From contig JAPOZM010000108.1 of the NCBI GenBank assembly GCA_026706075.1, positions 30,685-94,684 of the forward strand: DNA of 64,000 nucleotides. Direction: 5' to 3'. Of the stretch, positions 52,873-60,915 are shown piece after piece. Origin of the DNA: Gemmatimonadaceae bacterium (lineage in GTDB: Bacteria > Latescibacterota > UBA2968 > UBA8231). Numbering within the stretch: the stretch's first letter is position 1; every line of letters starts with the position of its first letter. The notes beneath the pieces are model-generated. The model was not told where the DNA came from and made no database searches. It saw only the letters and a program-made list of their open reading frames with translations. Made by a program: the position numbers and the translations under genes.

Positions 52873-52901
52873 ATACTAAGGACCGCGCCCGCTGGTGTCA
52901 A
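52873..52901 (-). promoter_or_regulatory. Sigma70-type promoter for the trp leader and supraoperon.
   Basis: On the minus strand: TTGACA (52896-52901), a 17-nt spacer, then TAGTAT (52873-52878). It is about 36 nt upstream of the leader ATG. Confidence 0.55.
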
Positions 52902-52949
52902 CCGGTCCTATCTTGAGGGAGCCAACACCACGGACCAGGGGAGGGAGCC

Positions 52950-53165
52950 ATGTCCCGGATTGCCGTAAGTGTATCCACCGAACTCCTCGAAGCGGTAGAC
53001 AGAGCCGCCGGCGAGCTCGGTCGAAGCCGCGCCGAAATCGTCCGGCAGGCGCTGGAACGCTATCTGGAGGACTTCGACGACCTCGCTGTTGCCACGGAAC
53101 GGCTCCGCGATCCGGCCGACCCGGTCTTGGAGTGGGATCGGGTCCGGCAAGGACTGCTCGGATAG
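52950..53165 (+). CDS. Ribbon-helix-helix (CopG/RelB-type) DNA-binding protein, antitoxin-like, with no recognisable cognate toxin.
   Basis: ATG at 52950 follows GGGGAGGGAG. MSRIAVSVSTELLEAVDRAAGELGRSRAEIVRQALERYLED is the RHH beta-alpha-alpha pattern. The C-terminal tail is LRDPADPVLEWDRV. Confidence 0.75.
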   Translation: MSRIAVSVSTELLEAVDRAAGELGRSRAEIVRQALERYLEDFDDLAVATERLRDPADPVLEWDRVRQGLLG

Positions 53166-53328
53166 GACTTGGGGTGGCGGACCCCTCCGCTGTCCGCCGC
53201 GCTGGTTGACAGGGTCATCTCTGCCAATGACCTTGCCAGTGGACAGCTTGACGCTACCATGTTGCCACCAACCTCCCTTGGCCGACAATCGCCCCGGGTG
53301 ACGGGGTTGAGCAATCGGACATAGGCCG

Positions 53329-54324
53329 ATGTCACCGACCGGAGATCCGTCCTCAGTTTCAAGCACCCCTTTGCTGTTGGCGCGCCAGCGCACCCTCCTG
53401 GCACTGCTGCATGCACTCGGCGGCAACGTAGGGAATCTGGACTTTCAGAAGCTCCTGTTCCTCTACTGCAAGCAGCTTTGCACCGACACCGATGGTCCCC
53501 GCATCAGTCCTTACGAATTCGTGCCATACAGATTCGGCGCCTTCTCCTTCACCTGCTACGCCGATCGCAGACGCCTCATGGAGCAGGGTCTGCTCATGGA
53601 TGACAGCCAGAAGTGGGTGCTCTCCGAACACGGCACCGGGATAGCGGAGGCATCGCACGACAGGGGGATGAGCGCATTCGCGCATCGATATCAGGGACTC
53701 CGGGGCCATGCCCTCATCGCCGAGACCTACCGGCGGTACCCCTACTATGCAATACGGAGTGAAGTCGCCGGGGATGTGCTCGGCAAAGACAGCATAGCAC
53801 TCAGCAGGATCCTGGAAGCCCGCCCTGTCGCCAGCTCTTCTCAGCTCTTCACCATCGGGTACCAAGGTCGGACCCTGGAGAGCTATCTGAGTGTGCTGAT
53901 TCAACAGGGCGTGACCCTACTCTGCGACGTTCGAAAGAACGCCATCAGCCGCAAGTACGGATTTTCCAAAAGGACCCTTGCCCGGGCGTGCGAGGGCGTC
54001 GGGATTCGCTATGAGCATCTTCCCGAGCTTGGGATCGAATCACGTCAGCGCAAGGGTCTCAAGACGCCCTCGGAGTTCAAGGCTCTCTTCAGCTCCTACG
54101 AGCGGTCCATCCTGCCGCAACAGGAGGCCGCCCTTGACAGGATCCGCGCCTGGCTGCGAGCCGGAGATTCCGTAGCCCTCACCTGCTTCGAGCGTGAAGC
54201 TGGACAGTGTCATCGGCATTGTGTAGCGGGTACCCTTGCCCAGGTGTCCGAGTCCATAGACCACTCCGATGGCTCGACAGGTGCCGAGCTCGATGATCAG
54301 GGATATATCGCACGACATCTATGA
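53329..54324 (+). CDS. Fusion protein: an uncharacterised N-terminal domain (about 160 aa, possibly winged-helix or Panacea/SocA-like) plus a C-terminal DUF488 domain.
   Basis: The DUF488 signature is LFTIGYQGRTLESYLSVLIQQGVTLLCDVRKNAISRKYGFSKRTLARACEGVGIRYEHLPELG ... VALTCFEREAGQCHRHCVAGTL. This matches TIGh...f...L...gi..l.DVR..P.S....f....L...gi.Y.....LG ... LlC.E.....CHR. The N-terminal domain contains LDFQKLLFLYC and YEFVPYRFGAFSF. GC is lower than in the flanks. Confidence 0.8.
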   Translation: MSPTGDPSSVSSTPLLLARQRTLLALLHALGGNVGNLDFQKLLFLYCKQLCTDTDGPRISPYEFVPYRFGAFSFTCYADRRRLMEQGLLMDDSQKWVLSEHGTGIAEASHDRGMSAFAHRYQGLRGHALIAETYRRYPYYAIRSEVAGDVLGKDSIALSRILEARPVASSSQLFTIGYQGRTLESYLSVLIQQGVTLLCDVRKNAISRKYGFSKRTLARACEGVGIRYEHLPELGIESRQRKGLKTPSEFKALFSSYERSILPQQEAALDRIRAWLRAGDSVALTCFEREAGQCHRHCVAGTLAQVSESIDHSDGSTGAELDDQGYIARHL

Positions 54325-55148
54325 CAGCCACGGAGAAGCACCGGATCCTCGTCACAGTCAAGACCTACCCGACCCTGTCCACCAAGTACGGCGAGACGGT
54401 CTGCACGGCAGGTGTCAGAGAGGACGGGACATGGGTACGCATCTACCCTGTGCCCTTCCGCCGATTGGGGGAGGCCGAGCAGTACCGCAAGTTCGACTGG
54501 ATCGAGTGCCGGCTCAAGCGCAGGGATCGTGACCCTCGGCCTGAGTCCTTCAGTCCGGTCGGCGAGCTCACTCCCGTCGGACACGTCGGCACTTCCGATA
54601 GGTGGAGTGAACGGCGACGCATACTGCTCAAGACCGCCAGAGTCTACGACACGCTCTCAGAGCTCATTGCCGCGGCCAAGGGAAATGTGGCTTCCCTGGC
54701 GGTATTCAAACCCACGAGGATAACCGACTTCATCTGGGAAGACGAGGATCGGGAGTGGTCGCAGCATCGACTCGACCAAATGCGGGCCCTGCATAGCCAG
54801 CTTCCCCTGTTTGAGGAAGATCCTTGGCGTCAGACCTTCCGACTCCTCCAGAAGCTACCCTACGCCTTCTCCTATCGGTTCGAGGATGCAACCGGACGAT
54901 CCAGCAAACTCCAGGTTCTGGACTGGGAAGTCGGCGCCCTCTACTGGAAATGCTTGAAGTCGACGAATGGTGACGAGGGCGCAGCTCTCTGCAAGGTTCG
55001 TGACAAGTACTACCAGGAGTTCCTCAAGACCGATCTTCACTTTTTCCTTGGCACAACCCAGCAGTTCCACCAAGTCGGGCCGAATCCGTGGGTCATAGTC
55101 GGTGTGTTCCCGATTCCCCACGATCCTCAGCAGCGGCTCTTCGACTAG
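54321..55148 (+). CDS. Conserved-looking hypothetical protein (275 aa) with no domain I can name. It is translationally coupled to the DUF488 fusion.
   Basis: ATG at 54321 overlaps the upstream TGA (ATGA). The N-terminus is HRILVTVKTYPTLSTKYGETVCTAGVREDGTWVRIYPVPFRRL. The composition is globular and non-repetitive. GC was about 60% on one hand-counted line. Confidence 0.75.
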   Translation: MTATEKHRILVTVKTYPTLSTKYGETVCTAGVREDGTWVRIYPVPFRRLGEAEQYRKFDWIECRLKRRDRDPRPESFSPVGELTPVGHVGTSDRWSERRRILLKTARVYDTLSELIAAAKGNVASLAVFKPTRITDFIWEDEDREWSQHRLDQMRALHSQLPLFEEDPWRQTFRLLQKLPYAFSYRFEDATGRSSKLQVLDWEVGALYWKCLKSTNGDEGAALCKVRDKYYQEFLKTDLHFFLGTTQQFHQVGPNPWVIVGVFPIPHDPQQRLFD

Positions 55149-55168
55149 CCGTTCCGCTCGGGGAGTTC

Positions 55169-55195
55169 GGGGGCAAGGGAGGCTGTGCAGCCCCC
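55169..55195. terminator. Weak hairpin between convergent genes; possible bidirectional terminator.
   Basis: gggggc (55169-55174) pairs with gccccc (55190-55195), with a 15-nt loop. The flanking T/A tracts are short. It lies in a 49-nt convergent gap. Confidence 0.25.
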
Positions 55196-55197
55196 CT

Positions 55198-56478
55198 TCA
55201 GCCCACCATCTCCTCCACCGCCGCCGCCAGCCGGTCCACCTCGGCCTCGTCGTTGTAGATGTGGGTGGAAACGCGGAGAGCGTTGTAGCTCTCCCTCTCC
55301 ACGTCCGGGCCGGGGACGAAGGCGTAGGTCCCCTGGGGGACCTTGACGGCCATGTCGTGCTCCTCCAGGAGCCGGCGCGCCAACAGACTTGCGCTCAGGC
55401 CGTCGACCGAGAAAGTGAGGATTCCCCCGGAGAGCTCGGGCTGCGCCGGAGTGAGGATCCTCACCTTCGGGATCCCCTCGAGATGCTGTCGCAGGCGGGC
55501 GCTCAGCTCCCGGCAGCGAGCCTCGACGAGATCCCGGCCGAGGAGGTTGTGGAAGTCCATGGCCACCCCGTGGCCCAGGATGCCGGCCACGTCGCGGGTG
55601 CCGGACGACGCGGAGTAGCCCCCGTATCCGGAGTGCAGGAAGACGGGGTGGACGCGGTCCTGCACCTCCCGGCGGATGTAGAGCAGGCCGCTGCCCTTCG
55701 GAGCCAGCATCCACTTGTGGCTGCTCGAGGCGAAGGTGTCGACGCCGAGAGCCTTCACGTCGACGTCGAGCATCCCCGGGGATTGAGCGCCGTCGCAGAC
55801 GAGCAGCACGCCCCGGGGCCGGGTGATCCGGGCCACGTCGGCCAGGGGATAGCGCAGGCCCGTGATCGTGTCGACGTCCATGAAGCTGCAGACCCGCGTG
55901 CGGGGAGTCAGGTGCTGCTCGACGAGGTCGAGGAAGTCGTCCTTGTGACGCAGGAGAGTGGGCATCTTCAGGTATCTCACGGCGACACCGCGGTGCTTCC
56001 TCAGGTGCTGCCAGCAGACCATGCCGCCGCCGTGCTCGTGGTTGGTGGTGAGCACCTCGTCCCCCGGCTCCCAGTCGATGCCGGTGGCGACGCCGTTCAT
56101 GCCCTCGGTGGTGTTGCGCGTGAGGGCGATCTCCGACACGTCCGCCCCGAGGAAGCCGGCGGCCAGACGGCGGACATCCTCCATCCGGCTCCCCAGTCCG
56201 CCGAAGGTGTTCTTCACCGGATCGCCTTCGAGCTCCTGGTCGTACCGGGCCACGGCCTCGGTGACGACCTTCGGCGCGGCGCCGCAGCTCCCGGTGTTGA
56301 AGTGCGCGAGGCCCGGCCTCAGCCGGAACTCCCGCCGCAGCCGTCTCCACCGCGAGGCTCCCTCTCCCACGGCCTGGAGATCCTTCCCAAGCTCCTCCAG
56401 CCCGTGGGCGCCGGCTGACAGCCCGGGCCAGGGCAGGCTGGCAGCGGCCACGGTCTTGACGAACCCCCGTCGTTCCAT
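55198..56478 (-). CDS. Aminotransferase class V-fold PLP-dependent enzyme with a twin-arginine (Tat) signal.
   Basis: MERRGFVKTVAAASLPWPGLSAGAHG matches the (S/T)RRxF(L/V)K Tat consensus. FASSSHKWMLAPKGSGLLY is the PLP-Lys region. The fold looks like class V / isopenicillin-N-epimerase. The ATGA overlap with the upstream stop is present. Confidence 0.8.
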   Translation of the reverse strand: MERRGFVKTVAAASLPWPGLSAGAHGLEELGKDLQAVGEGASRWRRLRREFRLRPGLAHFNTGSCGAAPKVVTEAVARYDQELEGDPVKNTFGGLGSRMEDVRRLAAGFLGADVSEIALTRNTTEGMNGVATGIDWEPGDEVLTTNHEHGGGMVCWQHLRKHRGVAVRYLKMPTLLRHKDDFLDLVEQHLTPRTRVCSFMDVDTITGLRYPLADVARITRPRGVLLVCDGAQSPGMLDVDVKALGVDTFASSSHKWMLAPKGSGLLYIRREVQDRVHPVFLHSGYGGYSASSGTRDVAGILGHGVAMDFHNLLGRDLVEARCRELSARLRQHLEGIPKVRILTPAQPELSGGILTFSVDGLSASLLARRLLEEHDMAVKVPQGTYAFVPGPDVERESYNALRVSTHIYNDEAEVDRLAAAVEEMVG

Positions 56479-57410
56479 CAGGAGGTGACCACCTCGGCGT
56501 CGATGAGCCGGCTGCCGGCGCCGGTGGTGACGCAGTAGCTGAAGCCGCCGGAGGTACCCGCGCCGCCAGTGCGGCCCTGCCTGTCGAGGGCGATGAAGAA
56601 GCAGGAGAGCTGCTCCGCCGGGCGCGGGTCACGGCGCAGGATGTGGCGCACCGCCTCCTCGCAGGCCGACTGCGGATCGGCGCCGCGCGCCATCAGGTCG
56701 ACGACGCGGTACGAGCCGCAGTAGCGCATGATGCTCTCGCCGAGGCCGGTAGCCCCGGCGGCCCCGACGTCCCCGTCCACGTAGAGTCCGCCGCCGACGA
56801 TCGGCGAGTCGCCCACCCGGCCCGGCCGCTTGTACCCCTGGCCGCTGGTGGAGCAGCCGCCGGCCAGACGGCCGTCAGCTCCCCGGCCGAGCAGCGCGAT
56901 CGTGTCGTGGCTCTCCGAGATCGACGGCGGCTCCCGCCGATCCCGGCGCCAGGCCTCCCAGCGGTGGCGGCGGTCCTCGGTCAGCAGATCCGCGGACTCG
57001 AACCCCTCGGAAAGCGCGAAGCGCCGGGCACCGTCGCCGACGAGCATCACGTGGGGCGTGACCTCCATCACCCGGCGGGCCACGGAGATAGGATGGGCGA
57101 TCCCCTCCAGGGCGGCGACGCTCCCGGCCCTCTGCCCGTCTCCGTCCATGAAACAGGCGTCGAGCTGCACCACCCCGTCGGCGTTGGGCGTGCCTCCGAG
57201 GCCGACGGAGTGCTCCTCGGGGTCCGCCTCGACGACGCGGATGCCCTGCTCCACCGCGTCCAGCAGGCCGCCCGTGTCCAGCGTCCTGACGGCGGTCTCG
57301 TTGGCGGCCCGGCCGAAGGCCCAGGTGGAGACGAAGACGGCGCCGCTCCGGGGGGATGAAGCCGGCCCGCCGCGATGGGACGCCACTCCGCGCGCCCCCT
57401 CCGCCCTCAC
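56478..57410 (-). CDS. Asparaginase-2 family Ntn-hydrolase (glycosylasparaginase / isoaspartyl peptidase-like).
   Basis: Motifs are VFVSTWAFG, SVGLGGTPNADGVVQLDACFMDG, HDTIALLG (with the autoprocessing Thr) and GRVGDSPIVGGGLY. The proposed GTG at 57408-57410 overlaps the upstream TGA. An alternative GTG lies 24 nt downstream. Confidence 0.8.
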   Translation of the reverse strand: MRAEGARGVASHRGGPASSPRSGAVFVSTWAFGRAANETAVRTLDTGGLLDAVEQGIRVVEADPEEHSVGLGGTPNADGVVQLDACFMDGDGQRAGSVAALEGIAHPISVARRVMEVTPHVMLVGDGARRFALSEGFESADLLTEDRRHRWEAWRRDRREPPSISESHDTIALLGRGADGRLAGGCSTSGQGYKRPGRVGDSPIVGGGLYVDGDVGAAGATGLGESIMRYCGSYRVVDLMARGADPQSACEEAVRHILRRDPRPAEQLSCFFIALDRQGRTGGAGTSGGFSYCVTTGAGSRLIDAEVVTS

Positions 57411-58534
57411 CCCTCCAGGATCTCCCGCACCCGGCGCGCGATCTCGGCCTCGTCGCCGTCCTGGACCGTGTACATGGAGAACCCCACCGAGGCGCCCGCG
57501 CCGTGGGCCCAGATCGAGGGGTTGCCCTGCTCCAGGAGATCCGCCAGGCCGGCGCCGTCGACGGGGGCTTCCGCTCCCAGGATCAGCCCCAGGCTGGTGA
57601 CGCTGTCGCCGTCGGCCGGCACCAGGCCCACACCCGGCAGTCCGGCGAGCCGGTCGCGCAGAGCCCGGCCCCGGCGGCTGGCCGCCTCGTCCCGCGCCGC
57701 CTGGGTCTCCTCCCGCAGCCACTCCCGCAGGGCGGCGACGACCCCCACCACCTCCTGGCGGTCGATCTTCAGGGGCCGGCCGTAGCCGGCGAAGTCCCGC
57801 CGCTCGAAGGCGGCGAAGGCGTGGGCCCGGGCGGCCTCGACGAGGTCCCGGCGGCCACACAGCAGGCCGGAGGAGTTCGGCGCGCCGAAGTACTTGGCGC
57901 CGAAGCCGACGAGATCGGCGCCGCAGGTGGCGAAGTGGCGGAACACGTCGAGGGGCTGCACGCGCCAGGCGGCGTCGGCGATCACCGGGACGCCGGCCTC
58001 CCCGGCGATCTCCAGGACCTCCTCGAGGGACAGGAACCCCTCGGGCTCGGCGACGCAGGGATAAAGGACGGCGGCGGTGCCGCCGCCCAGGGCGGCCTGG
58101 AAGTCGTCGCGGGTGCTGGACTCGGGTGTTCCTGACTCGACGAGGCGCGCGCCGGTCATGCGCACGACGCGGTCGTACTTGTAGCGCTGGGGCGCCTGGA
58201 TGATCACCTCGGCCTTCAGGCCGGAGGTGTCCGGGAGCCGGGACATGAGCTCCGGGTCGTCGCCGGTGATGCAGGCGGCCGTGCCGAGGACCAGGGCCGC
58301 GGCGCAGCCGGGGGTCACCAGGGCCGCCTCGCAGCCGAGCAGGCCGGAGACGACGCGGCCGCTGCCGGCCAGCAGCTGGTCCATGTCGACGTAGTAGCGG
58401 CTGGACAGCTCCATGGCGGCCGCCACCGTCGGCGAGGGCGCCGAGCCCCCGAGCATGGTGAGGTTGCCCTTGGCGTTGATCACGGGCACGGCGCCCAGGT
58501 CGGCATAGAGGTCTCGGGCCTGCGTCGGGTCCAC
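57407..58534 (-). CDS. SelA-family PLP-dependent enzyme (L-seryl-tRNA(Sec) selenium transferase-related / DgaE-like).
   Basis: The motif GADLVGFGAKYFGAPNSSGLL corresponds to the SelA S-G-D-K-L-L-G-G-P-Q-x-G Lys loop. The N-terminus contains VINAKGNLTMLGGS. The GTG at 58532-58534 is preceded by AAGGAGAG. Confidence 0.7.
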   Translation of the reverse strand: MDPTQARDLYADLGAVPVINAKGNLTMLGGSAPSPTVAAAMELSSRYYVDMDQLLAGSGRVVSGLLGCEAALVTPGCAAALVLGTAACITGDDPELMSRLPDTSGLKAEVIIQAPQRYKYDRVVRMTGARLVESGTPESSTRDDFQAALGGGTAAVLYPCVAEPEGFLSLEEVLEIAGEAGVPVIADAAWRVQPLDVFRHFATCGADLVGFGAKYFGAPNSSGLLCGRRDLVEAARAHAFAAFERRDFAGYGRPLKIDRQEVVGVVAALREWLREETQAARDEAASRRGRALRDRLAGLPGVGLVPADGDSVTSLGLILGAEAPVDGAGLADLLEQGNPSIWAHGAGASVGFSMYTVQDGDEAEIARRVREILEG

Positions 58535-58545
58535 GGGTCTCTCCT

Positions 58546-60915
58546 TCAGGGGTGCGGCCGGGGCGGGCCCAGCTCGTCGAGAACGGGTTCTGGCGGCATC
58601 AGCAGAGGCCGGCCGTTGTGGTCCAGCCGCAGACGCAGCCACTCGATCCAGAAAGGTGTCGCGGCGGGGGCGCGGGCCCCCGAGAGCAGGTCTGCCAGGG
58701 CCGGCAGCGAAAGGGGATCCGCCGGCGGCCGCTCCACCACGCGCAGCCGCCCCGCGTCGAGGCCGGCCCGCTCGCCGGCCGCGGCCAGGGCCGTCTCGAG
58801 GCCGCCCAGGGTGTCCACCAGGCCGGCCTGCAGGGCGCCGGATCCGGACCACACGCGGCCTCGGGCGACGGCCTCGATCTCTTCCGGCGTGCGCCCGCGG
58901 GCCTCGGCGACGCGGTCGACGAAGCCGTCGTAGAGCGTCTCCAGGGCGGCCCCGAAGAGAGCGGCCTCCTCCTCGTCGAAGGGGCGGTCGGGGAGGGTCC
59001 CGCCGAGCAGGGGCAGGGGCATCCCCAGGCCGAGGTCGGCGTGCTCGCCGGCCTGCACGTAGTCGACGGACAGCCCCAGCCGCTCCCGGAAGCCCTGGTT
59101 GTAGAGCCAGCTCGCCCAGACGCCGATGTTGCCGGTGACGGTCTCGGGGGTGGCGGTGATGGCGTCCGCCTCCATCGACACCCAGTAGCCGCCGGAGGTC
59201 GCCCAGCGCCCCTGGGAGACGACGAGGGGCTTCTCGGCGCGGACCTCGCGGATCGCCTCGGCCACCAGGTCCGAGGCCAGCGGGTCCCCCCCCGGGGAGT
59301 CGATGCGCAGGACCACGGCGCCGATCCGCCCCTGGCCGGCCAGGTCGCGCAGCTCCCGGGAGAGCTGGCGGGCGCGGATCCCGGTGTCCATGGCGCAGAC
59401 GCCGAGGGCGTAGACGAGGGCCACCGTGGGCGGCGCCCCCCACGCCTCGTCCACCGGCGGCGGCGGCAGGTCGTCCAGGGACGGTCCCTCCTCGGGGTCC
59501 CAGCGTCCCACCGAGTCCACGAGGCCGCGGGCCAGGGCCGTCCCCGGCGTGAACAGGGCGACCTCGTCCACCAGCCCGTCGAAGGCCTCCGGCGTCAGGC
59601 CGCGGGCCTCGGTGATGTCGGACCGGGCGCGCTCGTAGGCGCCGTCCACGAGGGCCTGCATCTGCTCGCGCTCCGGCCCGGACATGTCGGTGCGGCTGAA
59701 GGCCTCGGGACCGGTCTTGTACTCGTGATAGTGCCAGGCCTGGCTGCCGATGCCGAGCTTGTCGAGAGCGCCGCGCAGGTAGAGCCGGCCGGCGGCGAAC
59801 CCCTGGAAGGCGATCCCCCCCAGCGGGTCGAGGACGACGTGGTCCGCCGCCGAGGCGAGGTGATAGCCGCGCAGGTCGGCGCGGTCCACGTGTACCACGA
59901 CGCGCTTGCCCGCCTCCCGGATGCGCTGCAGGCGCCGGCGCAGCTCCCAGGACATGGCCGGGTCCAGCCGTACCTCCGAGAGGTTGACGGCGACGCCGGC
60001 CAGGGCGGGATCGCGCTCCACCCGGCGCAGGGAGAGGAGCAGGTCGAGGTGGGAGCGGCCGTCGTCGAAGAAGGGGGCCACACGGTGCTTGACCGGGCCC
60101 CGCAGTTCGAGCCGGGCCATGCGCGGCCGGCGCCGGTGCAGGGGCGCCAGCACGGTCCCGCGGTTGGGCCCGAGGCGAACCAGGAAGAGGTTGCGCGAGC
60201 GGTCTCCGTCGCGGCGGGACCGCGTCCACAGCCCCAGTCCACCCAGCTCGACGCGCAGGCCGGCGGTGACCGCCCCGTCGTCGTGGTACCTCGCCGACAG
60301 GTGCATCCCCTCCCACAGGCGCACCTCGCCCCCGGCGCTCCAGGTGTCATCCCCGGCATCGGCGCGGGCCACCTCGCCGTACACGGTCAGCCTCGGGGAG
60401 CCGAGGGGACGCAGGCCCACGTGGCCGGCCCACTCGCCGGTGTCTCCGTCGAGGGAGGCCGTCCAGGTGGCGCCCAGGGAAAACGGGGTCGACGGCTGCC
60501 ACACGGCGCCGGCGACCCACACGGGCCGGCGGCCGTCCTGGCTCGACCACCCCCAGGCGAGGCCGGCCGAGGCGCCGCGGTCGCCGGCGCCGAAGCCGAG
60601 CCGGTAGTCCCGGTATCCCTCGCCGCCCTCGGTGCGGCGCAGGAACCCGAAGCCGAGATGAGGCACGGCGGTGAACATCCCCCACTCGGCGGAGCCGTCC
60701 CCGCCGTCGGCGGAGGACCACGCCGCGGTCGACTCCGCCGCTTCGAGGCGGGCCAGGACGGCGGGATTCAGGTAGCCCAGCATCCCCGCCGGAGCGACCC
60801 CCGGCGGCGCGGGGGCCAGCTCGCTGCGCGCGGCGTAGGGGGCGAACTGGCCGGCGGCGGGCGCGGCGGCGAGCAGCAGCAGCAGGGACCGGGCCAAGCG
60901 GGTGGGGCGCCTCAC
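58546..60915 (-). CDS. sppA: Signal peptide peptidase SppA (S49, tandem-domain 67K type) with an about 280-aa beta-rich N-terminal extension.
   Basis: Motifs are AVVLRIDSPGGDPLAS, VVSQGRWATSGGYWVSMEAD (with the catalytic Ser) and TGNIGVW. An upstream pseudo-domain contains VAVNLSEVRLD and VVVHVDRADLRGYHLASAAD. The signal is (GTG)VRRPTRLARSLLLLLAAAPAAGQ. The GTGA overlap with the tsaC stop is present. Confidence 0.8.
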   Translation of the reverse strand: MRRPTRLARSLLLLLAAAPAAGQFAPYAARSELAPAPPGVAPAGMLGYLNPAVLARLEAAESTAAWSSADGGDGSAEWGMFTAVPHLGFGFLRRTEGGEGYRDYRLGFGAGDRGASAGLAWGWSSQDGRRPVWVAGAVWQPSTPFSLGATWTASLDGDTGEWAGHVGLRPLGSPRLTVYGEVARADAGDDTWSAGGEVRLWEGMHLSARYHDDGAVTAGLRVELGGLGLWTRSRRDGDRSRNLFLVRLGPNRGTVLAPLHRRRPRMARLELRGPVKHRVAPFFDDGRSHLDLLLSLRRVERDPALAGVAVNLSEVRLDPAMSWELRRRLQRIREAGKRVVVHVDRADLRGYHLASAADHVVLDPLGGIAFQGFAAGRLYLRGALDKLGIGSQAWHYHEYKTGPEAFSRTDMSGPEREQMQALVDGAYERARSDITEARGLTPEAFDGLVDEVALFTPGTALARGLVDSVGRWDPEEGPSLDDLPPPPVDEAWGAPPTVALVYALGVCAMDTGIRARQLSRELRDLAGQGRIGAVVLRIDSPGGDPLASDLVAEAIREVRAEKPLVVSQGRWATSGGYWVSMEADAITATPETVTGNIGVWASWLYNQGFRERLGLSVDYVQAGEHADLGLGMPLPLLGGTLPDRPFDEEEAALFGAALETLYDGFVDRVAEARGRTPEEIEAVARGRVWSGSGALQAGLVDTLGGLETALAAAGERAGLDAGRLRVVERPPADPLSLPALADLLSGARAPAATPFWIEWLRLRLDHNGRPLLMPPEPVLDELGPPRPHP

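Noticed and set aside
53166-53328. Possible RelE/ParE-type toxin gene or remnant downstream of the RHH antitoxin-like gene.
   Set aside because: I translated all three forward frames by hand (for example LGVADPSAVRRAG*, WGGGPLRCPPRWLTGSSLPMTLPVDSL..., DLGWRTPPLSAALVDRVISANDLASGQLDATML...). None shows a start codon with an RBS or any toxin-like motif. The space is too short for most toxins. I left it as unexplained spacer. A TTGACA at 53206-53211 lacks a convincing -10.
57407-58534. SelA-family gene as evidence for selenocysteine incorporation machinery.
   Set aside because: The window has no selB, selD, tRNA-Sec or in-frame TGA/SECIS candidates. The protein is shorter than bona fide SelA, and its operon partners suggest a metabolic (DgaE-like) role.
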